In this document: piece after piece, positions 23,450-32,102 of the stretch
Position numbering within the stretch: position 1 is the first letter of the stretch
Layout of the letters: each line of letters starts with the position of its first letter
Source: Armatimonadota bacterium
GTDB lineage: Bacteria; Armatimonadota; UBA5829; DTJY01
DNA length: 42,304 bases
Assembly (NCBI GenBank): GCA_035686805.1
Contig: DASRZD010000208.1
Span: 1 to 42,304, forward strand
Direction of reading: 5' to 3'
The notes under the pieces: generated by a model
Database searches by the model: none
What the model was told of the DNA's origin: nothing
The model's input: only the letters and a program-made list of their open reading frames with translations
Translations under genes and position numbers: made by a program

Positions 23450-25429
23450 CTATAGAGAAGGCGGTGACGGCGGTGTGTTGCCTCCGTTGTCGCCTCCATC
23501 ACTGTCGGGAGGCGGTTCTGGCATGTCAGGCAGAGTCATGAATGAGTAGTACTGGTTCATATCACAGTACATGTATCTGGTGTTCTTCGGCCCATCCACC
23601 TGAGGCGAGGGGCCGGCCGGATAGGGTCCCGGCGCGTCCGTCCTATTTCTTGCGCCTACACGCCAGTAGAGCGTACCCCCCGCAAGGACATTCGCCAATT
23701 CGGCAACCGTTGTTCCCGAATCCGCGTCCCTCAACGTGTAGGTTTTCGTAAACAACTGCAGATCAGCGGGAGTCGGCTGGTAGACCACGTCTACCCATGT
23801 CTCATCTCGTTTGAAGTCCGGGGTCGGGGAGACTTCGATCACATATTGATCGGCCCCTGCGCAACCTCTCCAACTGAAGGTGACATTGCTAAGATCCACA
23901 TACTCAGACGCCACAATGCCCCCCGGAGCATCACATTCCGGACGTCTCAGGTATGTCGCGCGTCCCGCATACGAGCCCTGAGTCTCCCAGTACGTGACAA
24001 CGGCCGCACCTTCGTTATCGGTGCCATGCCTCCTGTATACGCATGTGACCCAGTATTGATGAGGAGTTCCCACACTCAGTCCGGTCTGCACATAATGCCT
24101 GCTATCCAGATCAGTATGATCGGAGCTTGGGACAACGTAGTCGAAACCCGGATCTCGGGCGTACGTATCATCTATGGTGGAGTGGTCATAACTGCCAATC
24201 GCCCCGCTGATTCCAACCGCGGTTACCGGATCATTATTGATTACCGGGCCGCAGTTCACGTTGTCTCCCGAACCATATTGGGACGTGATGCTACCGAGAT
24301 TATCACGCCACACGTGGAATTCAATAATGTCCGTTGCACGCACACCTTTCGGCGTATTCCAAGCAACCAATATGCCACCGTTGCTCCAGGGCGAAACCAC
24401 GTCAGGTGTCTTGCCGGCCATTGCGACGGTGCCGGGCACACCTTCCGCTTGCTCTCCGCCACCCTTGAAGAGCGTCGCCAGGCCCACCAGTGCAATGAGC
24501 CCCCAGAGCAGCTTCCCGCCTTTTGCGATCCTATTCTTGCTTTCCAGAGGTTTGGCCTGTGCCTTCCCTGTCTCCAGAGGCAGTTCATAGACAGCCCTGA
24601 CTCGGTCCTCGGGTTTCAGACCTCGGGTTGTGCTGACCACCGTTCCGTGCGAATCGTTATCGCCGAGCTTGGTAATCTTTATGCGCCCCACTACTTCGTC
24701 TTCGCCCGTCTCACTTCGCCGGAGAGCAATCATCTCCATGCCGGACTTGATCCCCTCCTGTGCGCCCTTATTCAGCAGCACTTCGGTGGGGCTGAAAGTC
24801 CCGATGATCGTAGCCTCCGGGATAATGTACTGCACCATGCTCTCCACGGCCTGACGGGCTGCATCATTGATTGCCTCGATGATGAGATCAGTGTCCTTAT
24901 CGGCGCTGTATCCGATCCGCGGATTACTCATTCCTATGGCGATCGCTCCATTTGACCACTCGCCGGATGCCACGTGAAGCGTCCGAACGACCAGGCGAAC
25001 CTCGGCTTTCTTCTTGCCGCTGTCCACTTTGATCGAGGTAATCTCCCCGTGAACGACACCGTCAACGCCGCCAAGCTCCTGGCCAAGACGAACCATCATT
25101 GACGGCGTCATGGCGACTTTCAGCGTCCGATCTTCCTTTGACTTATACCCCAGCGCCTCCATCGCAGCCTGCAGGCCGTCGGCCGGAGTGACGCCAAACT
25201 TCCCGGATCGGAGAAGCTCCACTACTACGGCGTCAGTCGCCATGGTGCCAAACATCTCATTCGGCATCTTACTGTTGTTCCGGAAGTCCACTACGGCGAC
25301 CTCAATGGTGCCGGCCTGGGCTAACGCCGGAAGCGGAGTGAGGACTGTGCCGATTATGGGACTCATGAATGAAACTATGCAGAACACGCTTATCGGCCAA
25401 CGTGCCGCACATCTTCTGAACGATCGCAC
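23450..25429 (-). CDS. Secreted multidomain protein: CsgG/LpoB-like domain + small beta-barrel domain + hydrophobic helix + two FN3-like domains + Pro/Gly tail (operon gene A)
   Basis: GTG start 9 nt after AGGAGG. Signal peptide ...LPALAQA. Then IEVAVVDFRNNS...TDAVVVELLRSGKFGV...VDGVVHGEITSIKVD, the helix LLWGLIALVGLATLF (aa ~307-321), FN3-like ILVAWNTP...EFHVWRD and VTFSWRG...YVIEVSP...LYWRVGARN, and the tail PEPPPDSDGGDNGGNTPPSPPSL. Confidence 0.8.
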   Translation of the reverse strand: MRSFRRCAARWPISVFCIVSFMSPIIGTVLTPLPALAQAGTIEVAVVDFRNNSKMPNEMFGTMATDAVVVELLRSGKFGVTPADGLQAAMEALGYKSKEDRTLKVAMTPSMMVRLGQELGGVDGVVHGEITSIKVDSGKKKAEVRLVVRTLHVASGEWSNGAIAIGMSNPRIGYSADKDTDLIIEAINDAARQAVESMVQYIIPEATIIGTFSPTEVLLNKGAQEGIKSGMEMIALRRSETGEDEVVGRIKITKLGDNDSHGTVVSTTRGLKPEDRVRAVYELPLETGKAQAKPLESKNRIAKGGKLLWGLIALVGLATLFKGGGEQAEGVPGTVAMAGKTPDVVSPWSNGGILVAWNTPKGVRATDIIEFHVWRDNLGSITSQYGSGDNVNCGPVINNDPVTAVGISGAIGSYDHSTIDDTYARDPGFDYVVPSSDHTDLDSRHYVQTGLSVGTPHQYWVTCVYRRHGTDNEGAAVVTYWETQGSYAGRATYLRRPECDAPGGIVASEYVDLSNVTFSWRGCAGADQYVIEVSPTPDFKRDETWVDVVYQPTPADLQLFTKTYTLRDADSGTTVAELANVLAGGTLYWRVGARNRTDAPGPYPAGPSPQVDGPKNTRYMYCDMNQYYSFMTLPDMPEPPPDSDGGDNGGNTPPSPPSL

Positions 25430-25762
25430 TAGAGTAATTCCTCCTAGGATGGTCTCCTTACCTTAGACGTATGCATAACGAGCGAAAAAGCTCTATCTTT
25501 GCCAAGCTGATCTGGTTACCACAGGCATGGGGGAGACGATAGCGCAGATTCTTCCCTGTCGCATAAAAGCCGGGGCTTCCCCAATGCAGCTCAAAAAGAA
25601 AGGCATAATACTGCAGATAATCCTCTTCGGACAATGCCGACGGGCCTTGGATGCCAAGCCCTCCGTGACCGTCATCTGCCCCGTTACAATAAGCTGGTTC
25701 TCCACACTATTTACTGGTCTCACCAGTAGCCCACGCCCGTCCATCGGGAAAAGGCCAGCGCA

Positions 25763-25791
25763 ATTATAGCATAGTGGTAGGGGTTACGCAA
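25763..25791 (-). promoter_or_regulatory. Putative promoter of the seven-gene operon (-35 TTGCGT, 17 nt, extended -10 TGcTATAAT)
   Basis: Minus strand reads TTGCGT aacccctaccactatgc TATAAT. The -35 overlaps the coaE stop. This leaves a ~330-nt leader before the GTG at 25429. Confidence 0.45.
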
Positions 25792-26452
25792 GCAGTTTTT
25801 GAGCCTCATACCACACTCTTTCTACTTGCTTTTTGGTGCTCTCCAATGTCCCCTCGGTGCTAACCACCCAATCGGCGTGTCTCACCTTCTCCGCTAACGG
25901 TAATTGAGAAGAGATGCGCAATATCGCCTCTTCACGGCCTATGCCATACCGCTTTTCTAGACGGCTTATCTGGGACTCTTGTTCCGCCGTCACCACCAAA
26001 ACTTTGTCAACCAGATGGAGGGCGCCTACTTCGATCAGAAGAGGAATCTCCAGGATCAATACGCCTTGCCCGGACTCGCGAAAGCATTCGGCCTCTCTCT
26101 GCAGATATTCGATTACCGGCGGATGGACAATTGCTTCAAGCGTGGTCCTCTTCCCCTTGTCCCGGAATACCAAGTCACCAAGCCTTACCCTGTCTATGTT
26201 TCCATCCGGCGTTAGGACTTCCTCCCCGAACTCCTGCCGGACTTGCCGCCACACATCCGAGCCGCGCTCCAGCATGCGGTGGACCACTTCATCGGCGCTG
26301 ATAACTATCGCGCCCAGATCCTGGAACATCCCGGCGACAGTGGTCTTTCCCGTTGCCACTCCGCCGGTGAGTCCGACCACAAGCGTCTTTCGGACAAAAA
26401 AAGAGCCAGTCGGTCCGACTGGCTTACTCTTGTTATCGCACTTATCGTCCAT
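25784..26452 (-). CDS. coaE: Dephospho-CoA kinase
   Basis: P-loop VVGLTGGVATGKTTVAGMF, followed by ...ISADEVVH.... I place the start at the ATG at 26452 (MDDKCD...). The track's start at 26539 would overlap rpsA. Confidence 0.88.
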   Translation of the reverse strand: MDDKCDNKSKPVGPTGSFFVRKTLVVGLTGGVATGKTTVAGMFQDLGAIVISADEVVHRMLERGSDVWRQVRQEFGEEVLTPDGNIDRVRLGDLVFRDKGKRTTLEAIVHPPVIEYLQREAECFRESGQGVLILEIPLLIEVGALHLVDKVLVVTAEQESQISRLEKRYGIGREEAILRISSQLPLAEKVRHADWVVSTEGTLESTKKQVERVWYEAQKLLA

Positions 26453-26471
26453 AGTTTTCCCTGTTTGGGTG

Positions 26472-28037
26472 CTACTCAGATTTCTTCTTTGACTTCTTCG
26501 CCGGCTTTTTGGGTTCCTTCGCCGGAGGGGCTTCCACAACGACCTCGGCGACCGTCACTTCCTCCACGATCTCCGTTTCGGCAACCTCTTCCGCCGTCTC
26601 AGCCGGAGCTTCCTCGACTGTGACCGCCTCGGCCCCGACTTCCTCTCCGCCGTCCTCAGCGGCCTCGACTGCTTCCGGCTCGGTTTCCTCATCAGCAGCT
26701 TTGCCGTTAGCAACTAAATTCTGGAGCTTGTCACCGATCAAATGGCCGAGCGTCATTCGACTGTCGAAGTCGTCGCGTGGCTTGTAGCTCTCGAAATCCT
26801 TCCGCTCCTTGACCTCCTGAAGCTGCCTGAGGCTGAGAGTCATCCGGCGCTCCTCCGGTCGGATGTCAATGATCTTGATCTCGACCTCATCGCCGACGGA
26901 AACTACTTCCTCCGGCCGCTTTACTCGCTTATGGCTCAATTCGGAGTTCGGGATGATGGCTTCGATGCCCTCATCGAGCTGAACGAACGCTCCAGACATC
27001 ACCAGTCTGGTGACTTTGCCCTTAACGACGTCCCCTATCCTGTATTTGTCCTCAATCTCCGCCCATGGATCCGGAAGGATTTGCCGGATTCCCAGAGATA
27101 CTCGCTCGCTCTTCGGGTCGAGTCGCAGGATCATGACGTTCAGCTTCTGTCCGACTTTCACCGCTGTGGAGGGATGAGTGATTCTGCTCCAGGACATCTC
27201 GCTGATGTGCAGCAGGCCGTCTATTCCACCCAGGTCAACGAACGCTCCATAGTCGGTGATTCGGCGAACAACACCCTCTCGAATCTGACCTTCCGCCAGC
27301 GAAGCCATAGTCTCCGTCCGCTGCTTGCCGCGCTGCTCTTCCATGGCCAGCCGATGGGACAGGACGACCTTCCGCCTTTCCCTATCAACCTCAATGACCT
27401 TCAGAGGCAGCGACTGGCCTACATATCTTTCCAGGCTCTTTACGTTTCCGCCGCCAACATGTGAACCGGGGACGAATCCTCGGATTCCGAGGTCAACCTG
27501 CAGGCCGCCCTTCACGCGATCCGTGACCATCGCCATCAGCGTCTTGCCATCCTCGAACGCCTGCTCCACTCGCTCCCAGGCTTTTCCGAAGTCGGCTCGT
27601 TTCTTAGAGAGCACCGGGTTCCCATGCTCATTCTCAGTCTCCATGACATATACATGAATGGTTTCCCCGACCTTAACTACGTCTTCGGGAGATTCTACAT
27701 GCTGATTTGAGAGTTCTCCAGGCGGAATGATGCCCTCCGATTTCGTGCCGACGTCAACCAGCACGCCCTCTCTATCTATGTGGACGACCACTCCGTCCAC
27801 CAGGTCCCCTCTCGAAAGCGACCTCATGCTGTCGGAGTAGTCCATCGCATTTCCCATTTCTTGTATCTTCGGCTTCTCCGTAACTTCCGGTTCGGCGGTT
27901 GCCTCCACCTCAGTCTCCGGCTCGGCCGCTGCACTCTCTGTCTCTTCGGCAGCTTCCATGCCTACCTCAGCAGACGCCTCCATCGGTTCGGTGTCTTGCT
28001 CTTGGATTTCCTCGAGCTCGTTCTTGTCTTCCATCAT
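26472..28037 (-). CDS. rpsA: 30S ribosomal protein S1 (four S1 domains) with acidic N- and C-terminal low-complexity extensions
   Basis: S1-domain motifs are present (GDLVDGVVVHIDREGVLVDVG, REGVVRRITDYGAFVDLGGIDGLLHISEMS, GDVVKGKVTRLVMSGAFVQL). Start taken at ATGATG 28037 after the AGAGGAG RBS; the track's 28157 start adds an implausible 40 aa. Confidence 0.92.
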   Translation of the reverse strand: MMEDKNELEEIQEQDTEPMEASAEVGMEAAEETESAAAEPETEVEATAEPEVTEKPKIQEMGNAMDYSDSMRSLSRGDLVDGVVVHIDREGVLVDVGTKSEGIIPPGELSNQHVESPEDVVKVGETIHVYVMETENEHGNPVLSKKRADFGKAWERVEQAFEDGKTLMAMVTDRVKGGLQVDLGIRGFVPGSHVGGGNVKSLERYVGQSLPLKVIEVDRERRKVVLSHRLAMEEQRGKQRTETMASLAEGQIREGVVRRITDYGAFVDLGGIDGLLHISEMSWSRITHPSTAVKVGQKLNVMILRLDPKSERVSLGIRQILPDPWAEIEDKYRIGDVVKGKVTRLVMSGAFVQLDEGIEAIIPNSELSHKRVKRPEEVVSVGDEVEIKIIDIRPEERRMTLSLRQLQEVKERKDFESYKPRDDFDSRMTLGHLIGDKLQNLVANGKAADEETEPEAVEAAEDGGEEVGAEAVTVEEAPAETAEEVAETEIVEEVTVAEVVVEAPPAKEPKKPAKKSKKKSE

Positions 28038-28202
28038 GACCGAAAACTCCTCTCTTTTCGGAACGGTCTGACTTCGACCGCCCGTATACGAGCAGCACTG
28101 CTGCCCGCCCGATACCTTGGGCGCAAGGCCCTCCTGCCCTTGGGCATGGATAAACAACCGGCAGCCCGCTAGTGGACCGCCATAGTCACATTGACGAACG
28201 CT

Positions 28203-28211
28203 ATTATATCA
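28203..28211 (-). promoter_or_regulatory. Possible extended -10 element (TGaTATAAT) for rpsA
   Basis: The minus strand reads gttgTGaTATAATagc just after the polA stop, and the -35 is poor. It would give a ~160-nt structured rpsA leader. Confidence 0.3.
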
Positions 28212-28228
28212 CAACGTCGCCGGATATT

Positions 28229-30946
28229 CTATACGCTGATTTCCTCGCGATCTTCGACAGCGAAAGGCATGGCGGTAGACCAGTCTCCGCCGACTTTGAC
28301 GTCAACCTTCAGAGGAACGTCAAGCTTGTACGCATTTTCCATCGCTGAGATTATTATGGGTATGATTGCGCCGGTTTCGGACTCCGGGGCGTCGAATACC
28401 AATTCGTCATGTACCTGGAGCACCAGCTTCGTGCTGAATCCGCCCGCTTTCAGACGATCGTGGATGCCGATCATCGCAAGCTTCACGATGTCCGCCGCGG
28501 TTCCCTGAATCGGCATATTGACCGCCGCTCGTTCGGCGAACTCCCGGAATGTCCGATTCGGGCTATGGACCTCGGGGGTATATCGCCTCCGCTCCAGCAA
28601 GCTTTCCACATAGCCGAGTTCCCTGGCTTTGCCGAGAATATCGGCGGTATATCTCTTGACCCCGGGATACTCCTGGAAGTAACTCTCTATGTAAGCCTTC
28701 GCGACTCCGGTCGGAATGCCCAATGCCTTGGACAGGCCGTAGTCGCTCATGCCATAGATCACGGCGAAATTGACCGTCTTTGCCTGCCGGCGCATGTCGG
28801 GAGTCACCTCTTCCGACGGGACTCCGAAGATCCTGGTCGCGGTCTTGACGTGGATGTCCTCATCCTGCCGAAACGCTCGTTCCAACTCGGCATCATGGCT
28901 CACGTGGGCCAGTATCCTCAGCTCGATCTGTGAGTAGTCCGCCGAAATAAGAACATTCCCCGCCGATGGCACGAACGCCCGCCGAATCTCTCTCCCGATC
29001 TCCGACTTGATCGGTATGTTCTGGAGGTTCGGATCGCTGCTCGAAAGCCTTCCTGTGGCGGTGACAGCCTGGTTGAGACTTGTGTGAATCCGGCCGGTTC
29101 GAGGGTTGATCAGCTTCGGCAGGGAATCGGCATACGTTGATTTCAGCTTGGAAAGCTCTCGATATTCCAGAATCTTGGCGACAATCTCATGTGCCGGCGC
29201 AAGCTGGGCAAGCGTCTCGGCATCCGTGGAGTAACCGGTCTTTGTCTTCTTGCCGGCTTGCAGCCCCAGTTTCTCGAACAAGACGAATTGAAGCTGCCTG
29301 GTCGAGCCGATGTTGAAGTCCATGCCGGCCAGACCATGAATCTCTTTTTCCAGGCGACTTATCCGCTCTTCCAGGGTCTTGGCAAGCTCATTGAGCCATG
29401 CCGTATCGAGCGCGACTCCGGTAAGCTCCATGTCCGCCAGGATTGGAATGAGCGGGAGTTCCACGTCCGCCATCAATGATCCCAGGCCGTCCTCATCCAG
29501 CTTCTTTGCCAATATCGGCGCGAGTCTGCTGATCGCATCCGCCTCCGAGGCGAACATAGCCTCGATGGTTGACTCGCCCCTCGGCCCGGATACCGACCCA
29601 TTCTTGTCCGCAGTCGGAAGCTCGATGTTCAAGTAGTCGAGCGCGATGCTCTCCAGCGTGTGCGTGCCCCTAGTGGCATTGGCAACGTAAGCGGCAATCA
29701 AAACGTCGAACATGGGCCCTTTGAGTTCCAAGCCATGTCGCTGGGCCAGCTCGATCTCATACTTGATATTATGGGCGTACTTCGCGGAATCCGAGGCCAG
29801 TATCGGCTTCAAGTCCTCAAATCGAATGCCGGTGGTGACTCCGAAAGCCACGTAGTAGGCCTCCCCTGCCCCAAGGGAGACCGCCATCCCGATGGGCTCG
29901 GCGTCCACGCCGTGAGTCGAGGTTCCATGCGCACGAAGCGAGATGAACTTGGATCCTTGAGCCTTCTTCGTCAAGTCGGCAAGCTCGGACTTGCTGCCGA
30001 TGATGTTGACCGAAGGCACAGGCAAGGTTTCCTTCTTCTCTTCCGGCCCTCCGAACAGGCTGGGCTGGACCTGCGGCTCGGGAAGCCGCTTGAGGAGCGA
30101 GACGAACCCGAGTTCGCGGAACATCTCCCTCACGCTGGGGAGGTCCGGGCCTTTGAACCGGCACTGCTCGAAGTCAACATCAACCGGCACGTCGCAGACA
30201 ATGGTAGCCAGTCTTTTGGAGAGAATAGCTTGAGCCTTGTTCGCTTCCAATATGGCTTGAAATCTCGCCGGCTGGACCTCCGATGCGTGCTCCAGGAGAT
30301 TCTCAATCGTGCCGTACTCCTCCAGCAGCTTGACCGCTGTCTTCGGGCCGATGCCCGGCACGCCGGGAATGTTGTCCGAAGGGTCGCCGGTCAGCGCCTT
30401 GTAGTCGGGGAATTGCTCGGGTCTGAGGCCGTAGTGCTCCGTGACGCCTTTTTCGTCGAAGGTGACAGTCTCGGTTACGCCTTTCACGGTCTTCATGACC
30501 TTTACCTTGTCGCCGATGAGCTGGAGTTCATCCAGATCGCCGGTCACGATGAGAACGTCATAATCTTCAGCCGCCGCCTTGCATGCCAGCGTCCCGATGA
30601 CATCATCCGCCTCGAAGCCCGGCTCTTCCAGCACTGGAATGTGGAATGCCCTCACCAGCTTCCGAGCAAACGGCGCCTGCGACCTAAGCTCATCAGGCGT
30701 GGGCTTGCGGTGGGCCTTGTAGTCCTCGAACTCCGTATGCCTGAATGTTTTCACCGGCGCGTCGAATGCCACCAGGATGATGTCCGGCTTCTCCTCCTCC
30801 ACCAACCGGAGGAGCATCATGGTGAACCCATAGACCGCATTCGTCGGTTGATTCTCCAGCGTGGAGAAGTGCGGAAGCGCGAAAAACGCCCGATAAAGCA
30901 GGCTGTTGCCGTCTATGAGGATTACTTTCTTTCCTTTGTCGCTCAC
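28229..30946 (-). CDS. polA: DNA polymerase I
   Basis: 905 aa with a 5'-nuclease N-terminus (ILIDGNSLLYRAFFAL) and polymerase motifs A (SADYSQIELRILAH), B (RRQAKTVNFAVIYG) and C (LQVHDELVF). The ExoI DxE of the proofreading domain is not evident (FISLRAHGTS aligns where DTET is expected), so the enzyme may lack 3'-5' exonuclease activity. The GTG start overlaps the sppA stop (TAGTG). Confidence 0.97.
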   Translation of the reverse strand: MSDKGKKVILIDGNSLLYRAFFALPHFSTLENQPTNAVYGFTMMLLRLVEEEKPDIILVAFDAPVKTFRHTEFEDYKAHRKPTPDELRSQAPFARKLVRAFHIPVLEEPGFEADDVIGTLACKAAAEDYDVLIVTGDLDELQLIGDKVKVMKTVKGVTETVTFDEKGVTEHYGLRPEQFPDYKALTGDPSDNIPGVPGIGPKTAVKLLEEYGTIENLLEHASEVQPARFQAILEANKAQAILSKRLATIVCDVPVDVDFEQCRFKGPDLPSVREMFRELGFVSLLKRLPEPQVQPSLFGGPEEKKETLPVPSVNIIGSKSELADLTKKAQGSKFISLRAHGTSTHGVDAEPIGMAVSLGAGEAYYVAFGVTTGIRFEDLKPILASDSAKYAHNIKYEIELAQRHGLELKGPMFDVLIAAYVANATRGTHTLESIALDYLNIELPTADKNGSVSGPRGESTIEAMFASEADAISRLAPILAKKLDEDGLGSLMADVELPLIPILADMELTGVALDTAWLNELAKTLEERISRLEKEIHGLAGMDFNIGSTRQLQFVLFEKLGLQAGKKTKTGYSTDAETLAQLAPAHEIVAKILEYRELSKLKSTYADSLPKLINPRTGRIHTSLNQAVTATGRLSSSDPNLQNIPIKSEIGREIRRAFVPSAGNVLISADYSQIELRILAHVSHDAELERAFRQDEDIHVKTATRIFGVPSEEVTPDMRRQAKTVNFAVIYGMSDYGLSKALGIPTGVAKAYIESYFQEYPGVKRYTADILGKARELGYVESLLERRRYTPEVHSPNRTFREFAERAAVNMPIQGTAADIVKLAMIGIHDRLKAGGFSTKLVLQVHDELVFDAPESETGAIIPIIISAMENAYKLDVPLKVDVKVGGDWSTAMPFAVEDREEISV

Positions 30947-31893
30947 TAATCTACCTTCACACCCGAGTCCGCCTGAAGCAGTCTTCGGGCCAATTCTCCC
31001 ACAGCGCCATTGTGACCAAACGGAACTCTCGATTCACTCGTTCCAAACAAAACCTCGAACAAACCAAGCGGGCGCTGATATTCCTTGACACTGTATTCAC
31101 CCTTGATGCCCGCGTCATCGGCAGCCGCCCTCATCGCGTCGTCGAGCGACCCGAGACGGTCAACCAGCTTGATCTTCTTTGCCTGCCGGCCGGTGAAGAT
31201 CCGCCCATCCGCGATCTTGCGGACCTCCGCCTTAGGGATCTTGCGCCCGGCGGCCACATCCGTCAGGAACTGATCGTAGACGTCATTGATCATGCCCTGG
31301 AGGAGAGCTTTCTCCTCAGGTGTCAGCGGCCTGGATATCGAGCCCATGTCCTTGTGCGGACCGCTCTTGATGGTGCCATAGCTGATGCCTATCTTCTCCA
31401 GCAGCTTGCTCATGTCGGCCGTCTGCATGATCACGCCTATGCTCCCGGTCAACGTCGCGGGGTCGGCGATGATCCGGTCAGCGGCGCTTGCTATGTAGTA
31501 TCCGCCCGATGCCGCCACATCCCCCATGGAGACCGTGATCTTTTTACCATCCTTACGCACGCGGTTGATCTCCTGGTAGACCTCCTGCGAACCGGCAGCA
31601 CTTCCGCCGGGACTGTTGATGCGAATAACCGCCGACTTGACCGACCTGTCCTTCCTAAACTGCTCCAGGACGTTTATTATGGTCTCCGCCCCCGCGGTTG
31701 CTTCGCCAAACGGCGACGCCGAGCCGCGACCGGCAGTGATGACGCCCTCGATTCGAATCAACGCCACCTGCCCTCCCAGGAACGGCTTCTCCCTGGAAAC
31801 CAATATCACCGTGCCGACGATGGCAGCGACGAACAGCGGCAGGACAATTGCAGCAAGAATGACGACCAGAATGATGATGTTCCGTCGGTTCAT
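30946..31893 (-). CDS. sppA: Signal peptide peptidase SppA (S49, 36K type)
   Basis: N-terminal TM helix, then INSPGGSAAGSQEV and MGDVAASGGYYIASAAD (catalytic Ser region). AGGAGG RBS 8 nt upstream. Confidence 0.9.
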   Translation of the reverse strand: MNRRNIIILVVILAAIVLPLFVAAIVGTVILVSREKPFLGGQVALIRIEGVITAGRGSASPFGEATAGAETIINVLEQFRKDRSVKSAVIRINSPGGSAAGSQEVYQEINRVRKDGKKITVSMGDVAASGGYYIASAADRIIADPATLTGSIGVIMQTADMSKLLEKIGISYGTIKSGPHKDMGSISRPLTPEEKALLQGMINDVYDQFLTDVAAGRKIPKAEVRKIADGRIFTGRQAKKIKLVDRLGSLDDAMRAAADDAGIKGEYSVKEYQRPLGLFEVLFGTSESRVPFGHNGAVGELARRLLQADSGVKVD

Positions 31894-31909
31894 GGGGCCG
31901 GCCTCCTGG

Positions 31910-31938
31910 TTGACAATGAGGTGCTTTCGGGCTATACT
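31910..31938 (+). promoter_or_regulatory. Near-consensus sigma70 promoter of tRNA-Leu (-35 TTGACA, 17 nt, -10 TATACT)
   Basis: ttgaca atgaggtgctttcgggc tatact. The tRNA 5' end lies 9 nt downstream. Confidence 0.7.
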
Positions 31939-31947
31939 AAGTCACGT

Positions 31948-32034
31948 GCCGAAGTGGCGGAATTGGTAGACGCGCCGGTCTCAAAATCCGGAGAGGGCAA
32001 CCTCGTGTCGGTTCGAGTCCGACCTTCGGCACCA
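31948..32034 (+). tRNA. tRNA-Leu (anticodon CAA), class II with long variable arm, encoded CCA
   Basis: GCCGAAG-TG-GCGGAATTGGTAGACGC-G-CCGGT-CTCAAAA-TCCGG-AGAGGGCAACCTCGTG-TCGGTTCGAGTCCGA-CCTTCGGC-ACCA. It aligns position by position with the E. coli tRNA-Leu layout as I recall it. There is a single U-U at pair 31-39. Confidence 0.93.
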
Positions 32035-32060
32035 TTCCCCAAAAGCCCTCCAAACGAATT

Positions 32061-32089
32061 ATTGTAGCACTCGGAATGACCAATGTCAA
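32061..32089 (-). promoter_or_regulatory. Near-consensus sigma70 promoter on the minus strand (-35 TTGACA, 17 nt, -10 TACAAT), pointing antisense through the tRNA towards sppA
   Basis: Minus strand reads TTGACA ttggtcattccgagtgc TACAAT. Confidence 0.6.
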
Positions 32090-32102
32090 CGCAGCAGCGC
32101 GG

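Noticed and set aside
25430-25762. c-di-GMP (GEMM-I/II) riboswitch in the envelope-operon leader
   Set aside because: I could not find the conserved GGCAAACC / ACGCAAAGCC-type elements on the sense (minus) strand. A weak resemblance (CGCAUAAAAGCCGGGG) is on the wrong strand.
29660-32067. Plus-strand ORFs of 429 aa (antisense to polA) and 351 aa (antisense to sppA, running through the tRNA gene)
   Set aside because: They overlap unmistakable polA and sppA frames and a tRNA, and they show no domain motifs. The same reasoning applies to 32878-33699 (antisense to the URO-D gene) and 39043-39972 (antisense to prs).
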